A stretch of 64,000 bases of DNA, from assembly GCA_050015075.1 (NCBI GenBank), contig JBEKCB010000021.1:24303-88302 (forward strand). Direction: 5' to 3'. The translations under genes were made by a program, and so were the position numbers. The notes below the pieces were generated by a model. The model made no database searches and was not told where the DNA came from. It worked only from the letters and a program-made list of their open reading frames with translations. This stretch comes from Candidatus Brocadiia bacterium (GTDB lineage: Bacteria; Planctomycetota; Brocadiia; CAIUPP01). Each line of letters opens with the position of its first letter. Within the stretch, counting starts at the first letter, position 1. Positions 19,653 to 28,464 of this stretch are shown here, one piece after another.

Positions 19653-19809
19653 GGGTCATCTCGTCCCAAGCGACGATGGTCGTTGCACTCCAGTTTGTTT
19701 ATCACGCCCGCCGGCCGCTGTCAAGACTCAGGCAATCCCGCTCGTTGCAACTCCGGCGGCGATGTGATAGGTTTGATTCGCACTGCGCATTTTCGTCGGA
19801 GCGCCAGCT

Positions 19810-20862
19810 TTGCCGCTGCGATACCCGGCCGAACGAATCCTCATCCGCTGCCCGAACTGGATCGGCGACATGATCGCCGCGACGGCGGCGCTGCGCTGCA
19901 TGCGCGCGAATTACCCCAGGGCGCATATCGCACTGCTGCTGAAGGCGTATGTCCGGCCGGTGATCGCCCACGCGCCGTGGGCGGACGAGGTCGTCGAGGT
20001 GGACCCGCGCGGCGGACCGTCCGGGCTCTTCGCGACGGTCAGCCGGCTTCGCCGTGCGCCTCCTTATGACCTGGCGCTGCTCCTGACGCAGTCGTTCAAC
20101 TCGGCGCTGATGGTCCGACTCGCGGGAGCGAAGCGCCGGGTCGGTCATGCGCGCGATGGGCGGAGCCTGCTGCTCACCGATGCAGTGCCCTGGCCCGGGC
20201 GCGGAGAGAATCCGCGGCTGGTCCCCAAAGTGCAGGTCTACTCGAGCCTGCTCGAGCACCTCGGCTGCGAAGGCGCGGGCGACCAGCGGCCAGAGGTGTT
20301 CACCGCGCCGGAGGACGAGGCGCAGGCGGAAAAACTCCTGGCGGAGCGCGGGCGCGACGCGGGCCGGCCGCTGCTGGCGATCGTGCCGGGCGCGGCGTAC
20401 GGCGCCTCGAAGCTCTGGCCCCCGGCGCGTTTCGCGACCGTGGCCGACGCGCTCGCCGCGAGCCGCGGACTCCAGGCCGTCCTGCTCACCGGGCCCGGCG
20501 AGGAGCGGATCGGGGCCGAGATCGCCCAGGCGATGAAGGGCCGGCCGATCACGTTCCGCGAGGGCGAAGTCTCCTTCGGCGCGCTCAAAGCCATCGTGCG
20601 CCGCAGCGCCCTGATGATCTGCAACGACACCGGGCCGCGGCACCTGGCCATCGCGTACAATATCCCGGTCGTCGTCCTCATGGGCCCGACGAGCCCGGTC
20701 GTGACGCACAGCGATTATCCGCGGACCGTGATCCTGCGCCAGGACGTGCCGTGCGCGCCGTGCTACCTTCGGCGCTGCCCGACCGACCACCGCTGCATGA
20801 CGCTCATCACGCCGGAGATGGTGATCAGCGCGGCAGAAACGCTGCTTGACCATCGAACCTGA
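19810..20862 (+). CDS. waaF: Lipopolysaccharide heptosyltransferase II (GT9)
   Basis: 'PNWIGDMI', 'PGAAYGASKLWP', 'NDTGPRHLA' and 'CAPCYLRRCPTDHRCM'. Confidence 0.88.
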   Translation: MPLRYPAERILIRCPNWIGDMIAATAALRCMRANYPRAHIALLLKAYVRPVIAHAPWADEVVEVDPRGGPSGLFATVSRLRRAPPYDLALLLTQSFNSALMVRLAGAKRRVGHARDGRSLLLTDAVPWPGRGENPRLVPKVQVYSSLLEHLGCEGAGDQRPEVFTAPEDEAQAEKLLAERGRDAGRPLLAIVPGAAYGASKLWPPARFATVADALAASRGLQAVLLTGPGEERIGAEIAQAMKGRPITFREGEVSFGALKAIVRRSALMICNDTGPRHLAIAYNIPVVVLMGPTSPVVTHSDYPRTVILRQDVPCAPCYLRRCPTDHRCMTLITPEMVISAAETLLDHRT

Positions 20863-20869
20863 TAATATG

Positions 20870-20951
20870 TGTTAATATCTGATAAATTAACACTTGCTCT
20901 TGACTTTCAGTCCGAATGTGCTAAAATGTGTTAATATCTGAAATATTAACA
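20870..20951 (+). promoter_or_regulatory. Sigma70 promoter bracketed by two copies of a palindromic operator (TGTTAAT-N9-ATTAACA)
   Basis: Operators at 20870-20892 and 20929-20951; TTGACT at 20900-05; extended -10 TGcTAAAAT at 20919-27. Confidence 0.8.
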
Positions 20952-20968
20952 GTTGAACGGAGGGCAAC

Positions 20969-22306
20969 GTGAAACCCATAGACACTGGACCAACCGCGGA
21001 AATTCCCCAACGGATGCCATTTCTTCTATCGAATCAGGAGCTACAACCCCTTGTAGACAAAAGCAATGCGGAATATCTTGCTTGGGATAAGTTTAGACGA
21101 CACCCGATGCCACAAGGGGTCACTGCTGAGGAAGCGTGGTACTTTGTCAAGTTCGCCAGAAGTATGAACAGAAAGTATTTGCCGATAAAGGATACGCTAG
21201 GACGAACATTTCACTATTGGTTACCCGGCTCTTTCCAAGCCCAGTTACATCGAATTGACATGCACGCGGGCATGAGCATGGCCGCAACGCCGGAATCGGA
21301 AATGCTGCGCGCGAACCGCGAAAGGTACTTGGTTAGCTCGCTTATGGAGGAGGCCATCGCCTCGAGCCAACTGGAGGGCGCCTCCACGACTCGCCGCGTC
21401 GCGAAGGAGATGCTGCGAACTCAGCGGGCGCCTCGAAATCTGAACGAACGGATGATCCTGAATAATTACCGAACCGTTTTGCGGATTAGAGATTTGGTTA
21501 ACGAGAGGATGTCCATCGAGCTTCTTTGCGAGCTTCAGAAAGAGATAACGGACCAAACACTCAAGGATGCATCCGCCAGCGGACGGCTCCGCATCCCGGC
21601 GGAGGACGACATCGCCGTGGTTACTTCCGAAGGCGAAGTAGTCCATCAGCCGCCTCCAGCGGCGATGTTGCCTGGGCGTTTGAAAGTCTTCTGCGATTTC
21701 GCAAACGAAGAGCCGGATGATACGGGTCTAACATTTCGTCATCCGATTGTCACCGCGATCGTTCTGCATTTTTGGCTCGGTTATGAGCATGCGTTCGTGG
21801 ACGGCAACGGGCGAACCGCGCGGGCGGTGTTCCTATGGTACGTGTTGAAGCACGGATACTGGCTTATGGAATTCTTGCCGATTTCCACGATTATCAGGAA
21901 ATCGCCTTCGCAATATGGGCGCGCCTTCATCCTTGCCGAGCAGGACGAGAACGACATTTCCTATTTCCTCCAATACAATCTTCGAGCAATCAACCTGGCG
22001 CTGGACAACTTTCTTGCTTACGTGCGCGAGAAACAGCAGGAACTGAATGTAGTGCAGGCGGTGGCCGCGTTTTCGAGTGACATGAATATACGCCAACGGT
22101 CGCTGATCGCCCACGCGCTCAAGAATCCGGGCTTCTCATACACGGTCCGGTCGCATATGACGTCGCAGGGCATTTCGATAGTGACGGCCAGGAACGATCT
22201 TGTCGGATTGGCGCGACGGGGCCTGCTCGAAGAACGCCGCGAAGGGAAGAAGACGGTCTGGATTTCTCCGCCGGACCTGGCGACTCGACTGAAGCGGCCG
22301 ACCTGA
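20969..22306 (+). CDS. Fic family protein (class II) with C-terminal winged HTH
   Basis: Fic motif HAFVDGNGRTAR, inhibitory motif SSQLEG and C-terminal 'SIVTARNDLVGLARRGLL'. It is more AT-rich than its flanks. Confidence 0.92.
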   Translation: MKPIDTGPTAEIPQRMPFLLSNQELQPLVDKSNAEYLAWDKFRRHPMPQGVTAEEAWYFVKFARSMNRKYLPIKDTLGRTFHYWLPGSFQAQLHRIDMHAGMSMAATPESEMLRANRERYLVSSLMEEAIASSQLEGASTTRRVAKEMLRTQRAPRNLNERMILNNYRTVLRIRDLVNERMSIELLCELQKEITDQTLKDASASGRLRIPAEDDIAVVTSEGEVVHQPPPAAMLPGRLKVFCDFANEEPDDTGLTFRHPIVTAIVLHFWLGYEHAFVDGNGRTARAVFLWYVLKHGYWLMEFLPISTIIRKSPSQYGRAFILAEQDENDISYFLQYNLRAINLALDNFLAYVREKQQELNVVQAVAAFSSDMNIRQRSLIAHALKNPGFSYTVRSHMTSQGISIVTARNDLVGLARRGLLEERREGKKTVWISPPDLATRLKRPT

Positions 22307-22421
22307 ACGGCCGACTGCCGCGCTATTGCGGTTGCCCTGCGTCAAGAGCCTTGATAGAATCGCCGCTCGTCGGTTGTCCTCAACCGGACTTCCCGACCCC
22401 TCAACGGGAGAACAGCGCCGA

Positions 22422-23270
22422 ATGCATGCCTTCTGGATCGTGACGCTCTTCATCTTCGGCAGCATCGTGGGAAGCTTTCTCAACGTCTGCATCTACCGGC
22501 TGCCTCGGGACCGCTCGCCGGTGTGGCCGACGCGGTCGTATTGCCCGCACTGCCACGAGGTCATCGCCTGGTACGATAACATCCCGCTGGTAAGCTGGTT
22601 CGTGCTCTCGGCGCAATGCCGGCACTGCGGCTCGTACATCTCGGCGCGCTACATCATCGTCGAGTTCCTCACCGCGTGCCTGTTCGCGCTCACGTACGCC
22701 GTGCTGAGTTCGCGCGGCGAGTCGGCGGGCGTCATCATCGTCTATCTCGCCCTGATGGGGATGTTCGTCCTGAGCTCTTTCGTGGACGCGGAGCTGCGGA
22801 TCATCCCGGATTCCGTCACGATCGGCGCGATGATGCTGGCGCCGATCTGCAGCGTGCTGGTTCCGGACCTGCACCGCAATCCGCTGATGGCGCAGATGGG
22901 GCGGACGTTCCTGTTCAGCCAGGACAGCGTGCTCGGCTCGCTGTGCGCCTGCCTGGTCGGGATGGCGGTCGGCGCGGCGGCCACGTGGCTGGCCGGCGCT
23001 TTCGGCAAGCTCCTGTTTCGCCGCGAGGCGATGGGCATCGGCGACGTGAAGTTCATGGCCGCCCTCGGCGGCTTCCTGGGATGGCAGCCGCTCCTGCTGA
23101 CGTTCTTCATGGCGCCGCTGTTCGGCTCGGTGGTGGGCCTGATCTACATGGCGCGGACGAAGGACCACCATATTCCGTACGGCCCGTTCCTCTCGACCGC
23201 CGCCGTGGTGACGATGCTCTGGGGCGACCGGATCTTCGCGCTCCTCGGCTTCTCGCGGTGGATGGTGTGA
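22422..23270 (+). CDS. pilD: Prepilin peptidase/N-methyltransferase (A24A)
   Basis: 'GSFLNVCIYRLP', CPHC and CRHC zinc sites, 'MGIGDVKF' and 'IPYGPFL'. Confidence 0.93.
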   Translation: MHAFWIVTLFIFGSIVGSFLNVCIYRLPRDRSPVWPTRSYCPHCHEVIAWYDNIPLVSWFVLSAQCRHCGSYISARYIIVEFLTACLFALTYAVLSSRGESAGVIIVYLALMGMFVLSSFVDAELRIIPDSVTIGAMMLAPICSVLVPDLHRNPLMAQMGRTFLFSQDSVLGSLCACLVGMAVGAAATWLAGAFGKLLFRREAMGIGDVKFMAALGGFLGWQPLLLTFFMAPLFGSVVGLIYMARTKDHHIPYGPFLSTAAVVTMLWGDRIFALLGFSRWMV

Positions 23271-23278
23271 AGCGCGGC

Positions 23279-24199
23279 ATGAAGCCTGCACGCATCGCCG
23301 TCATCGGCAGCGCGAATATGGACCTGGTCATCCGGGCGCACCATGTGCCGGCGCCGGGCGAGAACGTTTTCGGCGACGACCTCCGCATGATCCCCGGCGG
23401 CAAGGGCGCGAACCAGGCGGTGGCCGTGGCGCGGCTCGGCGGGCGAGCGCGGTTCATCGGCCGGGTCGGGCGCGATTCCTTCGGCGAGATGCTGCTCGCG
23501 AGCCTCCGCGCCGGCGGCGTGGAGACCGGCGGCCTGGCGGCCCTTGCCGATGCGCCGACGGGCGTCGCGCTGATCGTGATTGACCGCTTGGGGCAGAACA
23601 GCATCGTCGTCGCGCCCGGCGCAAACCGCCGCCTGATGCCGGCGGACATCCAGGCGCTCCGGCCGGCGCTCGAGAAGCTCGACGCGATCCTGATGCAACT
23701 CGAGATCCCCATCGAGACTGTCGTCCACACCATCCGTCTGGCGCGGGAGATCAATGTGCCGGTCATCCTCGACGCCGGCCCGGCGCGCGGTCAGCCGCCG
23801 GATGAGCTCTTCCGCGTCGCCATCCTCTCGCCGAACGAGGCCGAAGCCGGCGCGCTGCTCGGGTGCGCCATCCGCGATTTGAAGGACGCCGAGGAGGCCG
23901 GCCGCGAGATGCTGCGCCGAGGCGCGGGCGCAGTGGTGCTCAAGCTCGGCTCGCAGGGCGCGCTGCTCGTGACCGAGGACGAGTGCCTGCACGTCCCCGC
24001 CCACCCGGTCAAAGTTGTGGATACCACCGCCGCCGGCGATGCGTTCACCGCCGCCCTCGCCGTCTATCGGGCCGAAGGGCTGGCGCTGCCGGAGGCCGTC
24101 CGCATGGCGAATAAGGCCGGCGCGCTGGCGACAACGAAACTCGGCGCGCAGCCTTCGATGCCGACGAGGGCCGAGCTGGATGCGATGGGCGAGTCCTGA
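23279..24199 (+). CDS. rbsK: Ribokinase (PfkB family)
   Basis: 'GSANMDL', 'PGGKGANQAVAVARLG', 'QLEIP', 'PNEAE' and 'DTTAAGDAF'. Confidence 0.92.
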   Translation: MKPARIAVIGSANMDLVIRAHHVPAPGENVFGDDLRMIPGGKGANQAVAVARLGGRARFIGRVGRDSFGEMLLASLRAGGVETGGLAALADAPTGVALIVIDRLGQNSIVVAPGANRRLMPADIQALRPALEKLDAILMQLEIPIETVVHTIRLAREINVPVILDAGPARGQPPDELFRVAILSPNEAEAGALLGCAIRDLKDAEEAGREMLRRGAGAVVLKLGSQGALLVTEDECLHVPAHPVKVVDTTAAGDAFTAALAVYRAEGLALPEAVRMANKAGALATTKLGAQPSMPTRAELDAMGES

Positions 24200-24250
24200 T
24201 TTCCCAATCTCCCAATTTCCTAATCTCTCGGAAATTAGGAGATTAGGAAA
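24199..24250. repeat. Short palindromic element of 8-nt units (TTCCCAAT-like / ATTAGGAR)
   Basis: atttcccaatctcccaatttcctaatctc followed by ggaaattaggagattaggaaa. Confidence 0.75.
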
Positions 24251-24374
24251 CTGCGCGCTGCACTCAACACACTGTGACACAGCACGTTAGAACATCTTCT
24301 GCGCCACCGGCAACCTGCCCTCATCTCCTGTCAGACCTTCGAGCTATACTTTCATCGAAGGGAGGTGATGGAGC

Positions 24375-24836
24375 ATGGCACAAGTTCGACGTGATGATCT
24401 TCCGGAGGCGCAGCCGACGGCGGGCGTCACTCACGCGCAGGTCGCGAAAATCTGGGCATGCGCGCACGACCTGGGTTTGGACCGCGAGATGCTCTACCTG
24501 CTGGTGCCGCGCGGCTCGATCAGCGCGCTCTCGCACCGCGAAGCGTCGGAGCTGATCGAGCACCTGGTGGAACTCGGGGCCAGGCGCACCGCCGAGCAGC
24601 CGATAGCGGCGGGCGATTTCGATCCGAACGCGGCGACGCAGGAGCAGCGGAACTTCATCCACTTCCTTTTCGGCCGCGTGGGCTGGATCGGTTCTCCGGC
24701 CCGCATTCGCGGCTTTCTGAGGAAATTCGCCGGCGTGGATACGGTGGAGGCGATCCGCGACCGTAAGCGCGCCAGCGCGATCATTGAGGCGCTGAAGGCG
24801 ATCCACCGGCGGCAGAGGAGCGCGAAAAGCGCCTAA
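24375..24836 (+). CDS. Phage Mu GemA/Gp16 (DUF1018)-like small protein
   Basis: 'AQVAKIWACAHDLGLDRE...SISALSHREASELIEHL' and 'ATQEQ..I..L...GW...RIRGFLRK..GVD....ASAIIEALK' match the two-lobe GemA pattern. GGAGGT RBS and TATACT -10 upstream. Confidence 0.65.
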   Translation: MAQVRRDDLPEAQPTAGVTHAQVAKIWACAHDLGLDREMLYLLVPRGSISALSHREASELIEHLVELGARRTAEQPIAAGDFDPNAATQEQRNFIHFLFGRVGWIGSPARIRGFLRKFAGVDTVEAIRDRKRASAIIEALKAIHRRQRSAKSA

Positions 24837-24906
24837 GAGATGTTAAGGGGCGGCCGATTAACTTCGGGAGCGGATCTCGGATTTCTGCGTGGCGCGGGAT
24901 CGCGGC

Positions 24907-25086
24907 CTAGACGCCGGCGTGCTCGGGACCCGATTCCGCAGCCAGCATCATTCGGCAGGCGTCGGCAATGTTCTCCTTGAGTTCCTCCAGCGTCCCGCCC
25001 TGGCTGAACATGCCCGGAACTTCATTGAGTCTGCCGATTAGTCAACCCTCGTCCGCCCAGTACTCCAGCGTGAAGAACCGCTTCAT
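24907..25086 (-). pseudogene. HicB-like antitoxin with an internal TGA stop
   Basis: MKRFFTLEYWADEG*LIGRLNEVPGMFSQGGTLEELKENIADACRMML. TGA at 25042-25044 where Trp is expected; GGAGG RBS; no hicA visible. Confidence 0.75.
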
Positions 25087-25488
25087 GCTTCGGCCTCCGG
25101 CAATGCGAGAGAAATGCTCACCCAATTGATTTTACCGCCTTGTCGCGGGGGATGGTTTTTCCGCTGTTAAAGAGGCGCGAGAGGTCGTCGCGGCATATTG
25201 AGAGCGATAGAGCTGCTCGCGGAGCAGGAGGAGCGGAAGGAGCAACCGGAGGCGAAGGAGCCTGAGCCGAGCGAGTGACCGTCTTTCTTTGGCGTAGGCA
25301 TCAGTCATCGCTGTCGGGCGCTCGCCTTCGTCAGGCCGCATAGGATTACCTAGGCGGTCACGCGCAACTCCAGAGGCATGCGACGGTCCTTTGCCGATGA
25401 CAAAAAGCGTATGGGCTGCCGGATACCCACAGGGCCGTATATTCCACAGGCCTCGTGCCGACCTGTTTTAATTACCTTGCGCCAGAGC

Positions 25489-25517
25489 TGAACCTTTTGC
25501 GGTTGAACTGGGATATA
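25489..25517 (+). promoter_or_regulatory. Candidate ECF-sigma autoregulatory promoter
   Basis: TGAACC-N15-GGGATATA; a second copy lies at 26116-26144. Confidence 0.65.
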
Positions 25518-25535
25518 ATCCCTGGCTGAACAAAC

Positions 25536-26165
25536 ATGCAGAAACCCAATGCCGAACTCAATGCGGATTCCCTGATTCCTCGCGCCCTGGCGGGTGAGCG
25601 TGAGGCTTTCTGCGAGCTTGCGCGACAGCACGAAGCGAGGCTCTATCGTCAGGCGTTTGGACTCTGCCGTAATCAGCACTTGGCGGAGGACCTGGCGCAA
25701 GAGACGCTGATCGAGGCGTGGAAGGGGCTGGCCAGGTACAATGGGGCGTGCAGGTTCTCCACGTGGCTCTACGCAATCCTCCTGCACCGGCATCAGAAGT
25801 CACAGCGAAGGAACCGGTCGGTGCTTCGGCTGTTCCTGGGTATAGAGCGACGAAGAGGCTCATCGCGCGAATGGGAGCTATCCGCAGGCGCCGATGCCGA
25901 CCCGGCCGAGGCGGCCTGGCGCGCGGAAGCAGCGGAGAAGCTCCGGGCGGATATCGAGGCGCTGCCGGAGGACGCGCGGGAAGTCATCCGGTTGCGCTTC
26001 TTCGCCGGCGCTTCGCTGAGCGAAATCTCCATCGCGCTCGGCATTCCGCTGGGGACCGCGAAGTCTCGGCTGCATTATGCCCTGATCCGCCTCCGCGAAA
26101 TGTGTGATCCGCAATTGAACCCATCCGCCCCGACCGGGGATTTACTATCGGAGGGAAGAACATGA
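25536..26165 (+). CDS. ECF sigma factor (sigma24 family)
   Basis: 'AEDLAQETLIEAW', 'RFSTWLYAI' and 'SLSEISIALGIPLGTAKSRLHYA'. Confidence 0.93.
   Translation: MQKPNAELNADSLIPRALAGEREAFCELARQHEARLYRQAFGLCRNQHLAEDLAQETLIEAWKGLARYNGACRFSTWLYAILLHRHQKSQRRNRSVLRLFLGIERRRGSSREWELSAGADADPAEAAWRAEAAEKLRADIEALPEDAREVIRLRFFAGASLSEISIALGIPLGTAKSRLHYALIRLREMCDPQLNPSAPTGDLLSEGRT
26116..26144 (+). promoter_or_regulatory. Second ECF promoter copy, inside the sigma gene's 3' end and upstream of the anti-sigma gene
   Basis: TGAACC-N15-GGGATTTA. Confidence 0.6.
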
Positions 26166-26779
26166 CGTGCGACCGATACAAAGAAGCGATTTCACTCCTC
26201 GCCTGCGGCGAGTTGCCGGCAGGCGACCGCGTCCCGGTGGAGCGGCATCTGGCCGAGTGCGCGAGTTGTCGAAGCGACTACGAGGCGCTGCAGCGCCTCT
26301 GCGGCCGGATCAGGAACCTTGCCGAACAGGACGACCTAGCCGAGGCACCTGGCGGGCTGTCCGGACGGCTCGAGGAATCGCTTCGGCCTGCAGCACACAC
26401 CGTCCGCTGGGCGGCGCTCGCGGCGGCGGCGTGCGTCTTGATCGGGCTGGCGGTATGGTTGATATCGAGCGCGGAGACGAACGACAACCGGGCCCGCCAG
26501 AAACAGGGGCCAGCCATCGGCGTCATCTCCACGCCGCATCCTTTCGTCGCTACGACTGACCTGCCGCCGGCCAGTTGGGCCGCGTATTACCAGGCGTGGC
26601 TGCAATCACCGGAGACGCTCGACGGAATGCTGGCGCGTGACGCTGCAGCGCGGTTGAAGCCCGAAAGGAACCTGGCCGGCCTGAATGTGCGTAGCTTGCT
26701 CCAGACCATGAACCATATTGAGGAGAAGTCCAATGAGAACCACAGTGTGCGTGGCTGCGGCGTTAGCTCTGTTGTGTAG
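26162..26779 (+). CDS. Anti-sigma factor with zf-HC2 domain and one TM helix
   Basis: 'MTC...HLAECASC' (HxxxCxxC) and TM 'WAALAAAACVLIGLAVWL'. ATGA-coupled to the sigma gene. Confidence 0.88.
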   Translation: MTCDRYKEAISLLACGELPAGDRVPVERHLAECASCRSDYEALQRLCGRIRNLAEQDDLAEAPGGLSGRLEESLRPAAHTVRWAALAAAACVLIGLAVWLISSAETNDNRARQKQGPAIGVISTPHPFVATTDLPPASWAAYYQAWLQSPETLDGMLARDAAARLKPERNLAGLNVRSLLQTMNHIEEKSNENHSVRGCGVSSVV

Positions 26780-27869
26780 CGCAGGAGCAGTTTCGGCGCA
26801 GGAAAGCAAGGCGCCGCCATCCGACCTCGGTCGCAACGCGGCGCTGACCTATTGGCGCGCCTTCGCCGCGTTTCCGGAATTGACAAAGGAGGAGTCCAGT
26901 ATCGTCGCCGCGTACCCCCCGGGTTTCGAACCGAAGTCAACGCCGGAGCAGAGGGCCGACCTGGCAAAACGATTGACCAGGGCGTTAGAGCTGATGCACG
27001 AAGCGTCACAAATTCCGCAGTGCAACTGGGGCATTGACTACGAAAAAGAAGGACCCAATGCCGACCTCACGTATCTGGCCAAGAGTCGTGACCTCGGCAG
27101 GGCCGCGGCCTTTCGCGCGCGGTACTTCTGGCAGGAAGGAAAACGCAAGGAGGCGGCGGAAGACCTGCGTGCCGCAGTCATCTTGGCGCGTCAGGTTGGA
27201 AACGACGGACATGATACGCAGATCGCAGTACTCGTACAGATTGTCACTGAGTCAATTGTAGATAACAACCTGGCGGTGTTGATGACCGATCGGGAATCGG
27301 CGGACGTCCTCGCAAATGGCCTAGGGGACCTCGTCAACGGGTCCGCAGCCCCACTCATGAGAAACGCGATCCTCACGGAGAAGAAGGTGTGTCTTCCGTG
27401 GATGGTATCCCTTGTTACGCAAGAAATGAGCGATCCGGGAGCAGCGGCGAAGCGGCCCGATTTCACCCCTGAGGCGATACGGCAGTGGATGGACGAGCTT
27501 GGAAGACAATATGACGAGGTGGCGGCTATCTTCGATTTGCCGTTCCAGGAGTTCCTGGCCACGAGGCCGGCGCTGGAGGAAAAGATCAAGGCCAGCAAGA
27601 ACCCTTTCGCAGAGTCTCCCCTTTCCTCACTGAAAGGCGCGCGCGATGAAGAGGAGAAATACCGCGTTCAGTGGGCGATGGTCCGGGCCGCCATCGAGAT
27701 CAGGCGCGAAGGGGAAGCAGCACTGCAGAAGGTCCTGAACCCGGCCGACGGAAAGCCGTTCGTCTACACCGCGTTGGAAGGCGGTGCGTTCGAACTGAAA
27801 TCAGCGCTGCCGATCCGCGACAAACAGGTCGCCATGACCTTCGGGCGCGCGCCGGCAAAGAAAAAGTAG
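26733..27869 (+). CDS. Secreted all-helical hypothetical protein (planctomycete type)
   Basis: GAGGAG RBS and signal peptide ending 'VSA|QE'; 'NAALTYWRAF', 'CNWGIDY' and 'NPADGKPFVY'. Confidence 0.75.
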   Translation: MRTTVCVAAALALLCSAGAVSAQESKAPPSDLGRNAALTYWRAFAAFPELTKEESSIVAAYPPGFEPKSTPEQRADLAKRLTRALELMHEASQIPQCNWGIDYEKEGPNADLTYLAKSRDLGRAAAFRARYFWQEGKRKEAAEDLRAAVILARQVGNDGHDTQIAVLVQIVTESIVDNNLAVLMTDRESADVLANGLGDLVNGSAAPLMRNAILTEKKVCLPWMVSLVTQEMSDPGAAAKRPDFTPEAIRQWMDELGRQYDEVAAIFDLPFQEFLATRPALEEKIKASKNPFAESPLSSLKGARDEEEKYRVQWAMVRAAIEIRREGEAALQKVLNPADGKPFVYTALEGGAFELKSALPIRDKQVAMTFGRAPAKKK

Positions 27870-27988
27870 TGCCGTCCGGCGAGAACGAGTTTTGCCGAGA
27901 AGAGGCGCAGACCGGACGCGGATGCCTTGCTCTCCCGCGCGCAGACGAACGACGCAGAGGACGATGGACCTTCTTGAGGAAAATTACA

Positions 27989-28276
27989 ATGAGAACCACC
28001 GCGTGCGTGGCTGCGGCGTTAGCTCTGTTGTGCAGCGCGGGCGCAGCTTGCAGAGCGCGGACATCCGACCTCGGTCGTAACGCGGCGCTGTTCTATCGGC
28101 GCGCCTTCGCAGCGTTTCCTGAAGTGACAGAGGAGGAGTCCAGTATCGTCGCGGCGTACCGCCCTGGTTTCGAACCGAAGTTAACGCCGGAACAGAGGCC
28201 CGATCTCGCCAGACGATGGGGCAGCTTTCACGACCTGGCGCGGTATGGGATTCTCAGAAGCGAATGGGCGGTTTAA
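27989..28276 (+). pseudogene. Truncated paralog of the 26733 gene (5' part only)
   Basis: 27974-28218 aligns closely with about 26718-26975, including the RBS, with an in-frame deletion. Similarity then ends abruptly. Confidence 0.8.
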
Positions 28277-28458
28277 AAGGAGGCACCCTCCACCTTACGT
28301 GCGGGAGTTCCGCAGCTTGCCCGGGTCCCTGTTAGCTCAAGTTCAGCGCTACCGCTTCGAGCTGAATGTTTTTTGCTGGCCCGGCAGTCAGGGTTTCTCC
28401 GCAACGGCAGAGGGCGCGTGTCCTCCTTATACTTCCTGCATGGGGGTATTCCCCGTTA
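28275..28458 (-). ncRNA. Candidate structured ncRNA (rod-like hairpin; 6S-like or CsrA-binding sRNA)
   Basis: Perfect sigma28 promoter upstream, no ORF, nested end-to-end helices with G-U pairs on the minus strand, and a 3' GGAGG/CCTCC hairpin plus TTTT. Confidence 0.5.
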
Positions 28459-28464
28459 CCTTGA

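Noticed and set aside
22326-22421. N-terminal extensions in the ORF track (pilD, rbsK, 38875, 39929, 42657, 52874)
   Set aside because: Downstream ATGs with an SD or ATGA coupling match the family N-termini better.
25042-25044. TGA as Trp or selenocysteine recoding
   Set aside because: TGA terminates many genes here, the position is not a Cys site, and no SECIS is evident.
24375-25086. Prophage
   Set aside because: Only one phage-like gene is present, with no integrase, transposase, terminase or structural genes.
25140-25480. GGA-rich intergenic stretch as a CsrB-like RNA or riboswitch
   Set aside because: It reads more simply as a decayed coding tail (ELLAEQEERKEQPEAKEPEPSE*). I found only one helix and no clear promoter or terminator.
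28277-28300. 'CCCTCCACC' resembling a tmRNA/tRNA 3' end
   Set aside because: There is no T-arm (GTTCGA) and no CCA end. It is explained as an arm of the minus-strand hairpin.
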